Shown piece by piece: positions 1-13,949 of a DNA stretch of 64,000 nt (the first letter of the stretch is position 1; each line of letters opens with the position of its first letter). The notes under the pieces are model-generated. The model was given only the letters and a program-made list of their open reading frames with translations. It was not told the origin of the DNA and did no database searches. Origin of the DNA: Raillietiella orientalis (Eukaryota); contig JAYWIR010000019.1 in assembly GCA_036172245.1 (NCBI GenBank), forward strand, positions 2,666,001 to 2,730,000, written 5' to 3'. A program made the translations under genes and the position numbers.

Positions 1-25
1 CATAGCTTCAATTGTATTTTGTTAG

Positions 26-3000
26 AACTGGAACTCAAAGTAAATCATCGTGCATTACAAGAATACAGTGCTGTGAGCAGACAAAATTCAGATACTACTG
101 ATGCTAAGCAGTGTGAAAGAATACAGGAATTGGAACTGCATTTAAGACAATCTGAAGCACAAAGAAATGAATTAAGCAGGGTTAGATTCTTTTAACTCAA
201 ATAACCTTTTACATTTTGAATTCTATGAGAGTTGATCATTATTAATTTTTAGGAATTGATCGAGGTGAAAGAGAAATTAATTTTACAAACAAAAGAAGCC
301 CAGGATGCTATTTCTCATCGTGAGTTAGCCATGGCTGAGTATACCGAAGTCAGCGATAAGTAAGATGTGGAATCATTCGAATTTTAGATTTATTCAATTT
401 GCAGATTGAGTGAATTGCGCACACAAAAGCAAAAACTTTCTCGAGAGATGCGTGGTCGGGAAGAAGAATTAGAAAATGCTATGCAAAAGATCGATGTTCT
501 ACGTCAAGACATAAGAAGGTAAACTGTTTTATATGTTAAAATTTAATTTCTTTATTAGAGCAGAGAAACTAAGAAGCGATTTAGAAATTCAAATGGAAGA
601 TGCCCTTAATGAAGCAAGTAGAGAAAAAAAGTTGAGAGAGAAAAGTAAAGAATACATTAAACAATTAGAAGAAGAGTTGACTAATTGGCGCAAAAAGATG
701 GATGCGTCTATTTCTGATGCTTATTCCGTAAATCAGGAGAAAGATGAAGTATTACGGTAAGTGTAGTGGTCTTTCCAAAAGGTACATTTCTATCATGAAT
801 TATAATTTAAATTAGACTTAAGGAAGATTTGGAGCAACTAGAAAAGCATTATGAGCATCTGTTGTCTCAACAACTCCAGAAACATAATGAGGATACAAAA
901 ATCCTCAAAGAAAAACTTCAACAATCTGAGAACAACAGGGAATCTCTTAGGAAAGAAATTCAAATGCACAGAGTAAAATCTAATTTATCTTTTATGTTTA
1001 CTCTTATTCCATCTTCAGGCTACATGTCACTCAGAATTAGAGCTCAATCAATTAGAAGAGCTTCATGAGTTGAGACTGAAGAATGAGTCAATCTCTCAGT
1101 GGGATGCACAGATATCAGAGATTATTCAGTGGTAAGCATCCTGCTGAACTAACCCCCACTTTTGAGCTTTCTAATCTGAAATTGTTGCATAGGATCAGTG
1201 ATGAAAAAGATGCACGTAGTTATTTACAAACTCTCATTACAAAAATGACTGAGGAGATAGAGATGTTAAAAGCATCTGGAATGTCCCCTGTACCTAATAC
1301 AGTAAGAGTCTCTGTATTCTTAAGTTACTTGATGAATTTTGAAAGGATTGGCGAAATCGTCGTTCTCAAAAATTGGATAAAATGGAATTATTAAATTTGC
1401 AGAGTAGTTTACACTCAGAAATCCAGGCAAAACAGGCTATTAGCACTGAGCTTACAAAAACGAGTTCCGAACTTATCGCAGTTCAGAAGTAAGTATGCAC
1501 ATGATCGAACCAACTTCATAAAATTGTATGATTGCATTGTGTGAAAATTGTGAAATCACTACTGAATGCCCAAATTGTGTTTAAGAGAGTTGCAGGAAAC
1601 AAAGCACAAATTGCATTTGTGTGCTAAGGACTTACTACTGAAAAACCAAGAAATTCAAGATTTACAGCATAAGCTTGATTTAAGAAAAGGATGTAAGTGG
1701 TCCATTGATATATTTGATGAGAGATTCTTCTAAACTGTGAATACTTTTGTCGTTTTTCGTTATCATTTTATTTCATTATGCAATTAGGATGAACAGAAAG
1801 TATTTACTTTGCTTTGGTTAAAGCAAATGTAAGATTTATTTCATTAGTGATTTTCTTTAGAATAAGAAACTTTCAGATTATTAAAGGAAAATAAAATAAA
1901 ATTTATTGAGTTTTTGTTTTAATTTACATGATGCTCACTGCAGATTTTTCTTATAAAATATGCCTATTTTGTTTTTGTTTTATATTTATGTATATTTGCA
2001 ATGTACGTTTAGTGTATTCTTTCAATGTTCTTCAATGTGGTTAGATAAAATGTCTTTATTTATTGGTTTAACGAGCTGTCTTTGGGGGCTTCTCCTTTTG
2101 ATCAAATTGTATTTTTGATCTTCCTCTACAAACTCCAAATGGAAAAGAAATGTCCAGTCGTGGGCAGACTGGTAATTTTGTTTTTACAATTTTTTGCACC
2201 ACATTATGAGTCTGTAATTTCTTCATATTAATTTGAATTGATTACTGCATACTAACATCAATATTTGCTACTTAATGATGTTCATGTGGTTCCAGTTCGG
2301 TATTTAATTCGCTTTATATAAATCAGTACATATATGTTGATTATATGTATGTATAGTGTGTTCATCATGTATTAGACTTTGAACCAATCCTGTGGTAATA
2401 AATTTTAATTTTTGTTTTATTTGACTTACTAAACAGTAACTTCATGCTTCTTTGATCTTTAAGATATTTACAGATGCAATCCATTATCTTTTTAGTATTA
2501 GATTGCCCTTCTTCCCATATGTCTATGTTAGAACAGTTCTTAAAAGAATCCAATTTGCAGTTGGATAACATAAGTTTATCTAAAGATGAAAGTAAATGTA
2601 GTTCTAGTTTGCCTTCCAAGTCAAGTCTGCCAAGTATTCCACTGGTGAGCTATCGTGTTTTCGAATTTATTTAAATTTGAATGTTTTAAAGTAATAAGTC
2701 ATAAAGAGTGATATTCTGAAAGCTGTATTTGTCAGAATTTAATATAAATTTCGGAATTTCGGAATTTTCTGTATTTAAGACAGTTGGGTATTCATTTTAG
2801 GAAGTCAAATCATGTCATTTGTTTATATGTTGCATGAAATTGGATCAGGATAAATAATTATTTCCAAAATTCATATTCATTTTACATAACTTTAGATTCT
2901 CGTTGAATGATCACAAGTTCGATTTTTCTTTTTTTTTATTTGTCTATAGATATTATCCATACAAAATTTTATTTAAAGTTCTCGTAGTCAACATGCAAAA

Positions 3001-6000
3001 CACTTTTGTGTGCCAAAGGTTGAGTTTATGAAGAGTTTACAATCAGGTGAATGTAATCATCATTAGCATTCTTGAGTATTGTAAGTTTTCAGGTCATGAT
3101 TGCTTTTACAAGGCAAAAATTCGTAGAATGAGCTTGCGTGCAACATCAGTATTTAGTTAAATTAAAACTGATATGACAAATTTGACCAATGAAATGAATC
3201 AGAACAGTACAAATAAGCATGTATTTGTCGCTGTTTGTACTGTGGAAGCAATGAAAGTATTTTTAAACACAACACGTCCAATTTCCAAAACCATATTTTT
3301 ATGCTAAGATGCATAATCAAAGTTTACTGAATTCTTTCGAAAATATGAATATTAAAAGTGGTCCTGTATGAACGTTCACACATTCATACATTTGAATCAC
3401 TGCCATTAGTAAATACTTTATTATTTTCAGGAAAAGCAGATGTCAGCAGACAAACCAGTGGTGCATGTATTTCCTTTCTCTCCTCCTTCTCCCAAAGTAA
3501 GTGACTGATCAGTTTTCGGAAAAATTCAAGCGAGAGTAGATACGTTCCCATCATTTTCTTGTTCGGACCTTTTCCACTCCAAGTAAATGCAATCACTGTA
3601 CATCTTTAATGATTGGTTTAGTTCATCAAGGAGTAGTGTGTAACATATGTGGCTTTGCATGCCATGTTACTTGCAAAGACAAAGTAGCGCCTGGATGCCC
3701 AGTTTCCTTGGATCATTGTAAGTTACCAACAAGCAGAATGCAAAAATTAGTGATACTCTACTTATTTAGCCAAGCGTCCTCTTGGAATTGATCCCACTAA
3801 AGGAATTGGTACTGCATATGAAGGATTTGTTAAAATCCCCAAACCAGGAGGGGTTAAAAAGGGTTGGATGAGACAGTTTGTTGTAGTTTGTGACTTCAAA
3901 CTGTTCTTGTATGATATTTCTTTGGATCGAAATGCTTTGCCAACTAATGAAGTAACTCAAGTTCTTGATATGAGAGATGAGTGCTTTGAAGTTAGTTCAG
4001 TGAAGGAATCTGATGTTATACATGCTAATAAAAAAGACATATCATGTATTTTCCGTGTATGTTATACAATGGAGTTGAATTCTTTAAACTTTGCAATGAT
4101 GTAGATCACAACTTCACTTATGGATCCTCCTTTTAAAAAGCATTATACATTAATGTTAGCTGATTCCGAAAATGAGAAAACGAAATGGATTGTTGCTCTG
4201 AATGAATTGCTTAGAATTGTAAAGCGCAATAAACTTCCAAACAAAACGGTTAGTGAATGGTCAGAATCAATTCATTATTTTCTTGTGGTTTTTAGGTGTT
4301 TGTTGCTAAAGAACTTATCGATAATACTTTAACCATATTAAAAAATTCAATCTGTGCTGCTATCATTGATTTCGATAGAGTTGTTATTGGTGCTGAGGAA
4401 GGTTTATTTTGCATTGATTTGGATCATGGAGGTTGGAAGTGTGGTTGTTGAGTATACTTTATTGTACAGATCGTTTAGAAATTACGAAGATTGGTGACGA
4501 ACGAAAAGTTGCCAGCATTGAATTAATTAAGGAAGAGCAACTCATGGTCATCATATGTGGGAAACAACGGCATGTCCGTTTGGTACCGTTTCGTGCTTTG
4601 GACTGTGAAGATGTGGAATGGCAAAAAATTGCAGATAGCAAAGGTTGCCTTTCTATCACAACAGGAATGTTGACCATTGGGCAGTTACCGGTGTACTGTA
4701 TTTGCATTGCCATGAAACGTCAGATATGCCTTTATGAGATTGATCGCACAAAGTTACGTCACAAACGTCTTGAAGACATTGCATTGCCTGCCCAACCACA
4801 GTTCATTAGTATATTAAGTAATAGTCGTTTATGTGTTGGGTACCAATCTGTGTTTGCTATCTATGATACAGTGGATATTTCACATCCTCAAAGTTTGTAT
4901 TTTGTTGAGAAGGGAACTTCGAATGTTTTGATTTGTTTGTAGCTTTGATTGACTGCAATACATCTGCCCTCAGTTTCATAACGTATAATTCATTAGATGC
5001 TTTATTGGTGGTAGAATTACCTAATAATGAGTATTTGTTGGTGTTCAATATGCTAGCCATTTATGTAAATAATTTTGGACAAAAATCCAGAGAAAAAGAA
5101 TTAATGTATCCAGCTACACCAACAGCCATAGGTAACATTTTTTATTATAAAGTTATGATTTCTACATTTTTGTCTCAGCGCATAACAAAAACTATCTGCT
5201 GATCTACACAAAAACCCATATTGATGTTTTTGAATGCAAATCTGGAAATTGGATCCAGACTTTAACTCTGAAGCAGACTCGACCCTTATGCAGTGATGGA
5301 TCACTGAATATTTCGTTTTTGACTGAAATCCCGCATATTGTATATTTCAAGCATACTGAAGAAGGTTTTGTTTTGCCACTTTTTCGGTTTAAAAAATCAA
5401 CTGTTGGTCATTATTTTTGTTTTAGAAAGTTTTGTAAGTATTCCAGAAACAAAGTTTCACAGCAGAGATGGTATTCCACATGCTCGCCGAATTCGTCGTA
5501 AATTTTCTGTTCGCGAAAATCGAATCCACCGAACGTAAGAAAGAGTTGATTCTATTAATATAATCTCTTGTTCTTTTTCTGTTCCTGTGTAGAAATAATC
5601 GTCGATTACGTATGATTTCTGCCCCCACGAATTTCAGTCATATCTCACACATGGGACCTGGTGCTACTATTCAGTTACAAAGACTGGTGGACTTACCGGT
5701 AACTTCAGCAGAATCTTCCTCACAAAGAACAAGCAAGTCCTTCCTTCAAGAAAGTAAATCTTCGAAGAGTTTCTCGGAAACCTTGGATCATTCCCATTCA
5801 TTATTTTTGCCTGCCTCACACAATGGTACGTAGGCAAAGAGGAATTCTTAATAGTCTATTCTGTTTTCAGAGAATTATTTCCACGTTCAAGATTCACTGT
5901 CCAGTTTGGACCATTGTTTAGGCAGGTTTTCCGCTCATGGTAATGAAAGTATCCCTGTTTTATCTGGAATAGTCCCGGAAAATTCCTCATGGCTCTTCGG

Positions 6001-6121
6001 AGCTTCCAGCATACAAGAACATAGCCTTATAGATCATTCTTTGGATTCCAATAATAGTAGTAATCCTAGCACTCCTCCTAGTCCACTAAGAGATCATTTA
6101 TCCTCTAGTTATGAGAGCTAA
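26..6121 (+). CDS. gek: MRCK/CDC42BP-family Ser/Thr kinase (genghis khan), 3' part; multi-exon, kinase domain lies upstream of the window
   Basis: Short GT-AG introns join coiled-coil exons, a DMPK-coil-like segment ([24 protein letters not shown]), C1 domain ([42 protein letters not shown]), PH domain ([35 protein letters not shown]), CNH domain (4.3-5.4 kb) and CRIB motif ([17 protein letters not shown], 5612). Stop TAA at 6119-6121. Confidence 0.95.
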
Positions 6122-6365
6122 AGCTTAAGTCATTTTGCATCGGTTTTCTCTGTCTCAGCGTAATAACATAGGGATGTTTTATCCTGTAACTACCTAGTCA
6201 TTTTTCTTCAGATTATTTATATCCAAAGCGTTAGTATATATGTTTATTTATTGGGTTCTTTAATTTGTTAACCATTATGAATTAATGTTTACAAATTGTT
6301 GGTATGATTATATTTTTGCAAAATATATTTAATATTACTAAGGTTTCTGATGTTTATTTATAAAA

Positions 6366-6399
6366 AATAAAATTCATTTTACTTCGATTGTGTAATAAA
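6366..6399 (+). terminator. Candidate polyadenylation signals of gek
   Basis: AATAAA at 6366-6371 and 6394-6399, about 250 nt after the stop codon. Confidence 0.55.
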
Positions 6400-6479
6400 C
6401 TGATTCATGGTGGAAGGTATGTGTATTAATTTATATGCTCCGTGAGTACATCGAGTTTTTTCTGAAGGCGTTTTAGTCT

Positions 6480-7940
6480 TATAGCATTGCCGAGCGATGA
6501 CATCTCTGTTTCCATTTAGGATCCTTCTCTGAATTTGTGATTTCTTAGTCAGGGGTTCGGTTTCCTAGCATTCTGAAAGGCGGAAGTTTCGGAGCACTGG
6601 AAACACGCCTGCCGGTACGTAGTTTCCAGTTGCCGTGTTGGAGCAAGCAGTATGGAGTTTTCCGTCGAGGACTCGGTGTGGTTGCTGAGGAATGCTCTTT
6701 TGGGTAATGCGAACCACTCGGTCATGCTTTATGGTTTTGGTTGGCCGTGCACACACCCAGGGATTCCAAGGAAACCGAAATTTTTCCGCCGGAAACACTC
6801 ATTTTCGATATTCCGCTGCTGTTTGCACACGTTTTGATTTCATTCCATCCGTGTGCTCTCTGTACGTATCTATCGCGTTGTGGGTGAAGGGTCAGGAGGG
6901 GGGGGGGATCAGAGTTGTTTCGTTCCTCCAGTGACTCCAGAAGTAGTACTATTCAAAACTTGGTATCCGCAGTTTGAGGTTTTAGTTTTCGGCTAAAAAG
7001 ATTGTATCCATATCGTTTACGGCAAAAGTGGTTGCGCAGTTTTCGTCTTACGAAACGCCCTTTTGGAGGGAACATACACATTTCATAGAAGCACAGAACC
7101 GATGCACGTCCTGGCATGCCCTCCACGTCCACGGGCAAAACGGACTTCGCTCTGAACAGCTGATAACCTCAATGGAGCACCGTTGAAATACAGCAAGAAA
7201 TGCGAATGCGCTGTTAGGAATGAGCCAACCTCAGCTGTGAAAAGTCCTCTGGCAGTCAGCATCAGACTGTAAGCCGAATCCCTACGTGGGAAGATGTCTA
7301 GAAAGCTTCCTCCTTGGGCCGCTCGACAAGCAGCATCTACCCTGGGAGTGCTTTTGCGTCCTCTCGCTTGCATTAGAAAGACTGCGCTTGAAAGGGATGG
7401 CGGAAGCTTCCTTGTTCCCAGTATCCTGGTGCAAGTTTACCTGCTGGTCGGGATAACTCCGCATCGCGGTGGCGATTTTCGGGGGAAAAAAAATTCTCGG
7501 CTCACTGCGAACTCACCGTCGGATTTAGGAGAAGGCACGAATAGGTAGGGAAGATGCCAAGAGTCATCTCAGATTCTCGGGCGGAGTACATTCAACCAGC
7601 AGGACACAGGAGGGACCCTGGAAGTGCTGTTGGTATCAGGGTTGGCATCAATCCGCTGCACCGCAATTTGCAAATTACTTTCGCACCATCGTTTCGTCAA
7701 GGAGGGCGCCTTCAACCATCCTTTTTTCCCCTCACGTTCAGACACAACGACGCAAGGCATTCTTCCCTGAGATGAGTGCATTAGTCGACACAGACAACAC
7801 GGTTCTGGTGATTACGTGTTCTCACAACCGCTCCCTTTTGCCGATGTCCATGGGAACCTGCTTCCGGACCTTCTTGATACGCGTCTGACCCATGTCTATT
7901 CCTATTGATAAGGAGAATGCCGATGTCGTGTGTCAATGTT
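6480..7940 (-). mobile_element. Degenerate Ty3/Gypsy LTR-retrotransposon pol remnant (RNase H to integrase)
   Basis: Frameshifted fragments in the expected order: 'ERTQKHSQGRCCLSS' (~KxHxNADALSR), 'PVDVEGMPGRASVLC' (integrase Zn region), 'ARPTKTIK' (~AERAVQTIK), 'TTPSPRRKTPYCLL' (~TPHSTTGxSPxELL), 'DPKWKQ'. Many stops; no LTRs recognised. Confidence 0.65.
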
Positions 7941-7942
7941 TA

Positions 7943-8224
7943 TTTAACCCATCAACATTCAACATTAATATTAATTTCACTATTAAAACAAAACACATAC
8001 TTAACTTCCAAAATATTCACTTAAATATTTTTTAGAATTTTTAAACATCATCATAAAATGAAATCTATCAATAACTTCATAATCAAACCCCAATAAACTC
8101 CAAATAAACATCAACTTAAACTTCCAAACTAATAAACCATCCCTTACCCAATCACATCCTCCAACACACATTAAAGTAAAATATATAATAACTATCAAAC
8201 TAACTCTCCAAATAAATCCATAAC
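7943..8224 (-). pseudogene. Probable nuclear mitochondrial insertion (NUMT), nad5 C-terminal-like
   Basis: Abrupt block, nearly G-free and A/C-rich on the + strand. With the invertebrate mitochondrial code the minus strand reads SYGFIWSVSLMVIMYFTLMCVGGCDWV...WKFKLMFIWSLLGFDYEV...EYFGS, a hydrophobic peptide resembling the ND5 C-terminus (GG..W, LK....G..YE, FGS). Confidence 0.6.
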
Positions 8225-9545
8225 TGTTTCAGCCGTGCAGGCACGTGTTGTGATGTTGGCGAGCACAGGGATACGACTTCCATGTGTGGCACACGGTCAC
8301 GTAGGCTCCTGATTCGCGTGCAGGACATGAGAATTTCGTGAGGATCCTCAGATTGCCACGAAGAAAAGCGGCAGGACACAGAGCTTTCGCAGCCCTGCCT
8401 TCCTAGCTGTCCGATGGGCGACTTCTGCCCTGCAGAAGCATGGAAAACCTTGTGGTGCGCTGCAAGATCCCGGATGCGACTGAAAGGCTTGGTAGCGCCG
8501 CTCCAGAATGCCGACTTGGGCATCCTGCCCATCGGCAAGATCGGACTGCAGGTGCAGTTCCGATTTTTGACCTTTTATGGAAAATTGTGGACTTGCCACT
8601 GGTGTGTTCCGGCACGCCACAACCTACGGCGATTAGCTGGAAGCGAAGGCTTCTTTTGCTGCTGCTGCGCAACCCACATTGGGGGACTGGACCTGGCTAC
8701 CTCCTGAAGCATCTGTCCTTATTTCTGGTAGCTCACTCATGGATCTTCTGCCGCACTCCAAGCTGGAAGGCCTTGCGGGAGGAGGCACTGGAGTTCCGGG
8801 TTGCCACTCCGGAAGTGCTCTCAGAGGAACTTCGTCCGCAGCGAAGCAGTTTGCAAACCGCTGGAAGATCTCCTTCAGGACTGGACGCAGTGGCAACGGA
8901 TAGCCATCACATCTCTGCCTTCCCCCAGGAAAAACAAAGAGAGCAGCCAGCCGGCGTGGTGGGAATTGTCCTGCAGCATTGCAGGAGTCGACAGGCTCTT
9001 CGACGGCTGCAACACGAGAAAGTTGGTGGACGTCCCCACTCCTAGTTCCCGGACCAAGGGAATCCTTCGGTGGAATGACCTGCCCGATGTGTCCCCCGAA
9101 GAATACGTGGTCCCTTCCCTGTGTGCGGACACCTTCGTGTTCTTACTCCGCTGGAAACGGGATGTCCTACTGTAACTACATTTGGGATTCCAGTGCAATC
9201 AGCTCAGGCCCCTGCTTTCCCGAGGAGTTGCCTCCCCAAACTGTTTAAGGTGCGGAGTGACGGAATCGTTTCCACACCTCCTGCTGGACTACAGTGCTCT
9301 GGAGGACTTGTGTCAGAGACTCGTTTCCGCGCTCCCTCGACTGCAGGACCCTCCCCGCTGCAGACTTGCTGCGGCGCTTCTTCATTCGAGGCGGGCTGAA
9401 GATGGGCGAGTGCGCCGTGGCGTTCATTTCTCTTAGAGGGCTCATCGATTCCAATTATTGCGTTAAAACTAAGGGGAGGCCAGCGAGGTCCATCACGTTC
9501 ACGAAGGGGAAGAGGGATAAGACAAAACTAGAAAACAAAAAACAA
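8225..9545 (+). mobile_element. L1/Tx1-like non-LTR retrotransposon, decayed ORF2 3' end
   Basis: 'VRILRL' (~VKYLG), 'LPIGKIGL' (~LSLxGRI), 'THIGGLDL' (~GGLGL), C-terminal 'PNCLRCGVTESFPHLLLD' (CxxC..E..HL), then an A-rich tail at ~9525-9545. Confidence 0.7.
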
Positions 9546-10555
9546 ACGGGCACTCTGATCGCAACGATCTGTTGCATCCGCGCCATGGTTGGAGTCTTGT
9601 TCTCAGCGAAGGGAGGCCACCAGCATGGCAGCTGCCTTCATGAGGACAGCTGCAAGGTGGCCTCACCAGCCAGAATTCATCAGTGAGATCGCCACCATAC
9701 ACAGCCGCTGCTAGAAAGGAACAAATAAAACCAAAGATCCCTGCCCTCCCTTCTTTTTTTTATTTATTTACTGTCTTCTCCTTCCGTTCCCAACTTCCTT
9801 AGAAGCCGAGCTGCGTGCTGCTGGTCATCCTCAACGAACTTTTGTTTTGTTTTTTTCCATTCGGCATCTCTTGTATTCAGGGGACACTGTTCCCTCTGAC
9901 CTGTTGTTTGTTTCTAAATAAACGTCCCGACGTCACCGGGCATCACCGTTCTAAACCTGCGTTTTCTCTCTCCTCTTTCTATCCCTCGACGATTTCCGGA
10001 TGGCACAGCCACCGTCTTGCTCCGCATGGGAGATGCGGAACACCGAAACATTGAAATCAATTGAAATGCTATGCACGAAAACGAGGTCCAGCTTTCCAAT
10101 GTTTCCTTTCCTGCAGTCTGTGCTAATAAAGGGAAAAGGGAAAAGGAGAACCCATCGAAGAAGAACTATCTGCATTTTGTTCGTCACCGAGCCATCGGAA
10201 ATGCTCGCACACAAAAAAAAACGTTCATTATATAAGTGGGCTGGCAGCGGCGGCTTGGAGCGTGATGCGTCTCCTCGAGTGCTTCCCTCCTTCTCTTTCC
10301 CCTCCCCCTCCGTTGTTTCAGATTTCCAAGATGGTGGAGAACGTCTTGAAGAGATGGGAGCTCATGAATAAGACGCCGAAAAGATGCAGCATAAGCTGAT
10401 GTGGGGGTGGGGGAAGCCGCGAGACGGTGCAGCGTCTTCAATGGCGTGTGTGGAGATTCAACTCGTGGATGAACAACGCGTGCGGACAGTCTTCAATCAG
10501 TGTACATGGACCTTCGTTATTCGACTGATCTAAGGAATTTGGCTCTATAAATTTG

Positions 10556-10615
10556 GCTTGATAAAAATATTGGTACCCAACCCACACGGGTTGGGTACCA
10601 ATATTTTTATCAAGC
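10556..10615. repeat. Perfect 28-bp inverted repeat with 4-nt loop
   Basis: GCTTGATAAAAATATTGGTACCCAACCC-acac-GGGTTGGGTACCAATATTTTTATCAAGC; arms are exact reverse complements. Confidence 0.97.
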
Positions 10616-10938
10616 TCTTTCTTTCAGCCTTTCAGTATTTTGGTTTCGAATATTAAATTTCATGCTCATAGAGTTACAGGTGCCTTTAATTTTCTTTAAT
10701 AATAAATAACGAACTAACAAACGATTGGAATGGTTTTTTTATTAAATTGCTGATGGTTAGTCTGATATCATGGAAGATGGTTCTTTTCTCTTTCATCCTC
10801 ACCCGGAATTGATCCTGCTATTTTGTAAATCATGAAGATCACTCCATTGGATACTATGCTAAACTTCAAAATAAAAAAAAAAAGTTTTATTATTAGTTCT
10901 TCAGTTCGAAGAACAACACACGCAGATCTGTACATATA

Positions 10939-11306
10939 CGAGGCGCATCTCAAAAGTGAGGGCCGTAACTTTTCAACATCACCCACCCCGCAGTGCTGCC
11001 CAGTGACCACCACGTCTTCCTGCGCCTCGAGGGGTGGCTCGACGGTTCGAGGGGGAAGGCGAGGAGTGGAAAACTCTGCGGTGCTGCTGAACCGACTGAA
11101 CTCCCAGGCGGCGGAATTTCATGCGGACAGTTCCAAAAAGCTTCTGCCACGGTGTCGAAAGGGGTTGGAAAAAAAAAAAAAATGGCGACTACGTGGAAGA
11201 ATGGCATGGGGATGGATGTGTTTCGAACCAGGAAGACATTTTTGTTCCTCTTGCTCGTTGTTCTTCCTTTCTATCCGATCGGCCCTTACTTTTGAGATAC
11301 GCCTCG
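10939..11306 (+). mobile_element. Non-autonomous mariner deletion derivative (368 bp)
   Basis: 27-bp TIRs (CGAGGCGCATCTCAAAAGTGAGGGCCG; 25/27 identical) flanked by TA at 10937-38 and 11307-08. Interior encodes mariner C-terminal remnants 'LPSDHHVFLRLEGWL' and 'EFHADSSKKLLPRCRKGLEK..NGDYVEE'. Confidence 0.9.
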
Positions 11307-12549
11307 TATATATGAAATCAGTAAGGGTAAACGGTCTGAATCTTCAGCTTTCGACTTGCATTGTGATATTAGGTTCCTTGTGAGGTCAATAAACACACAA
11401 GAACTCGTTCTATCTGGACTTCGTCCTCCTCCAAAAGATGGTTTCAGTTTCTCCATTCCAAAGAGGTATAAAAATTCAAGTATACCAAGCTCGGAATCCA
11501 AGATTCTAAATTTGGTATCTGTAAGAGAACAAATTTTCCTTGTTTGGAAGACAATCTTCCCGATCCCTACTGTCATTCAATCTTACATGTAAGCATTAAT
11601 GTTTTTCAGATCATTTCTGTTGTTATTTACGTTATTTATTTACGAAATCACACTTCAGAGTGTATTTACCTTGTTAAAGCTATCAGTACTTTTAATTTAT
11701 AAATGCTACAAATATTCCATGAGCTGAAGGCATTATTTTTTTTTTGAATATGCTAATTGATTATTATTTTATGGTTACTGTGTTATTTGGAACACAGTTG
11801 ACGTGAGGATTGAACTTTGCGAGTCCCTTTTGAAAGAGTCCTGCTCAGCATGTGACCTTTCCTTATGGTTTTCATGTGCTGAATGTGGCTGGTTTCCCAC
11901 TCCAGGCCAGTAGACTTGAGAGCGTAAGAGCACTTCGGGAAACGCCAGAAGCGCCAGCATTGGACGTCGTATTGACTGACAATGAAGAGAGCCATTCAGG
12001 TACCTAAAGACAACACAGCATCGCAATCTTGCAAGATCGCATCTCCTGCAAATTTCTGAATCATTCCCACCAGGAATGCAGCCAAACGAATGAGTGAGCA
12101 AATATCATCACGGGATCAAGGAAGAAACAAGAATATGCTTCAGATCTTCAATGAAAGGTCTCACGTCGGGCGAAACGGAAGAATTCTGGGAATTGAATTA
12201 CGACTGCTGCAGGCGGCGTGCCAAAAAGCAGGCAGTGCTGGTGCAGATGAAGAAAGCTGGGGCGGAGTAAGGCCCTACGTAAGCGCAGTTACCAGCAACC
12301 CTAGGTCATCGGAGTGAATAGCTGTCCACTCTGGAAACAAAACGGAGATAATTGAAAATACATATGTTAATATACATCAAGAAGAGAGAACCGAGCATGT
12401 GCGGATTTCATCTTCGGAAAAAAATTTCGAGCCAGAAGGCAACAGAGCAAACAGAAATGCACGGCAAGATTTCTCACACATGTTGATACGGAGGGGCCGT
12501 CGACCAGAACACTGACTTCCAGGTTTTCGTATTTTCCTGTTCCTCAGAA

Positions 12550-13940
12550 GGTGAAGGTTCCCGGAGCTCTCAAAGCAGCGTCGCTAAGAAGAGCAGCAGC
12601 TATCTGTGCTTCACTGACCTCGAAGACCTCGGTCACCACTTATCCAAGCTACAGCGTCCCGTTCAGGAAGGTGCCGGTTAAGAGGATCCTGCAAAAGCAC
12701 GACACCTCTTAGGTTTTCAACGCGGACGCGCGGACCTTCGATCGGAGAAGGAGATGCTTGGGAGGACGAGCTGAACTTCGTCCCGAAGCAGCGGATCTCC
12801 AAGGGTCCTCGGTGTGTGTGAGACCGTGGCTATGGGTGTGGAAGAGAAATTCCAACACCCACTGCAAAAATCCAAGCTCTTAGGAAATGGCGGTTCTGAG
12901 TTTTCACATTCAACACGTAGATGAACTACGGCCATCGAAAACCTGGCCCGTTTGGAGGAGATTCTGGGTCCTATCTGGATGAGCGTTTAGTCATGGTCGT
13001 TTCAGATCCCGTAGGCTGTATCTCAACTCCCGTAGACATGGATGGCTTCGCGCCGTCCTACAGTCTCCCTATCTTACGAAATTACATACTTATGGAGGCC
13101 ACTTAGGCAATCCGTTGTCGTGGTAGGCACCAACAAACACTCCTGCTTCGCCTCTCCCTCGGTTCCTTCGCCCTACACGAGGCGCACTACTCGTCATTGG
13201 TTGGTTTCCTCCAGATGTGGACACTGAAGGCATCGTCGGACTGGCGGGCAACCGTCAGGTGCGTCGCCTCGGCCGGATATTGCCTCGGGGAACCAAGATC
13301 GCGCGTTCTCCTCAATGATGCGGTCAGGGAGCACGTGAACTTTGACCCACCGGTCCATCCTACAGGGTTGGCTAGCAAGATCAGCACATTCATTTCTCTC
13401 CCTCCGCCGCTTTCGAACGGGCACCGGAAATCACAGCTCTGCTGACCTTCTGAAGCACCAGGTCAAGGTTCCGAGTGGAATCCATGTCAGGGATCTGATG
13501 GTGCTACAACATGACCGGCCATTTTGCGGTGTCTGTCGTTTGTTGCCAACCGGAAACAAGAGAGACCTGCGTTGGCAGCCGCGAGGCCGTGGTCTCCTCG
13601 TTCCGGCACTGTGGTACCAAGCGTTGATGGTTCGAATCCCTTCCGGGGAAAGAACGATGCCGAGAACATGGAGTGTGTCGTGGGCTTTGGGACCTTTCCA
13701 CAGGACGATGCTCGTTGGTTTATTTGGGTGCAGCACTGGTTGACACTTGATCACGCCGGGGAGTTTATTTATGACATAAACATACATGTCGGTGACAGGA
13801 TGTTTGATCCTGCCACGTTACTTATAACCACGAGAAGGAACCTGCAGGGAACTGGCACGCAGGCCAGCGAAGTTCGCCTTGGCAGCACAGAGGAAAGGGA
13901 GACAAACAAAAAGAAAAAATAGTAAAACAAAAAACATACA
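12550..13940 (+). mobile_element. Second L1/Tx1-like ORF2 3' remnant
   Basis: 'YLCFTDLEDL...GAG*EDPAK' (~post-YADD SGLxINxxK), 'PRVLGV' (~KYLGV), 'STPVDMDGF' (~PxxxGGLG), 'RPFCGVC' Zn motif, and an A-rich tail at ~13905-13940. May extend left to ~11.8 kb. Confidence 0.6.
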
Positions 13941-13949
13941 GCCAAAAAA

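Noticed and set aside
1788..1799. Possible 12-nt microexon in a gek intron
   Set aside because: Inclusion creates an immediate TGA in the upstream exon phase.
13585..13650. tRNA-like T-loop GGTTCGAATCCC
   Set aside because: No cloverleaf or acceptor stem; lies inside a retroelement remnant.
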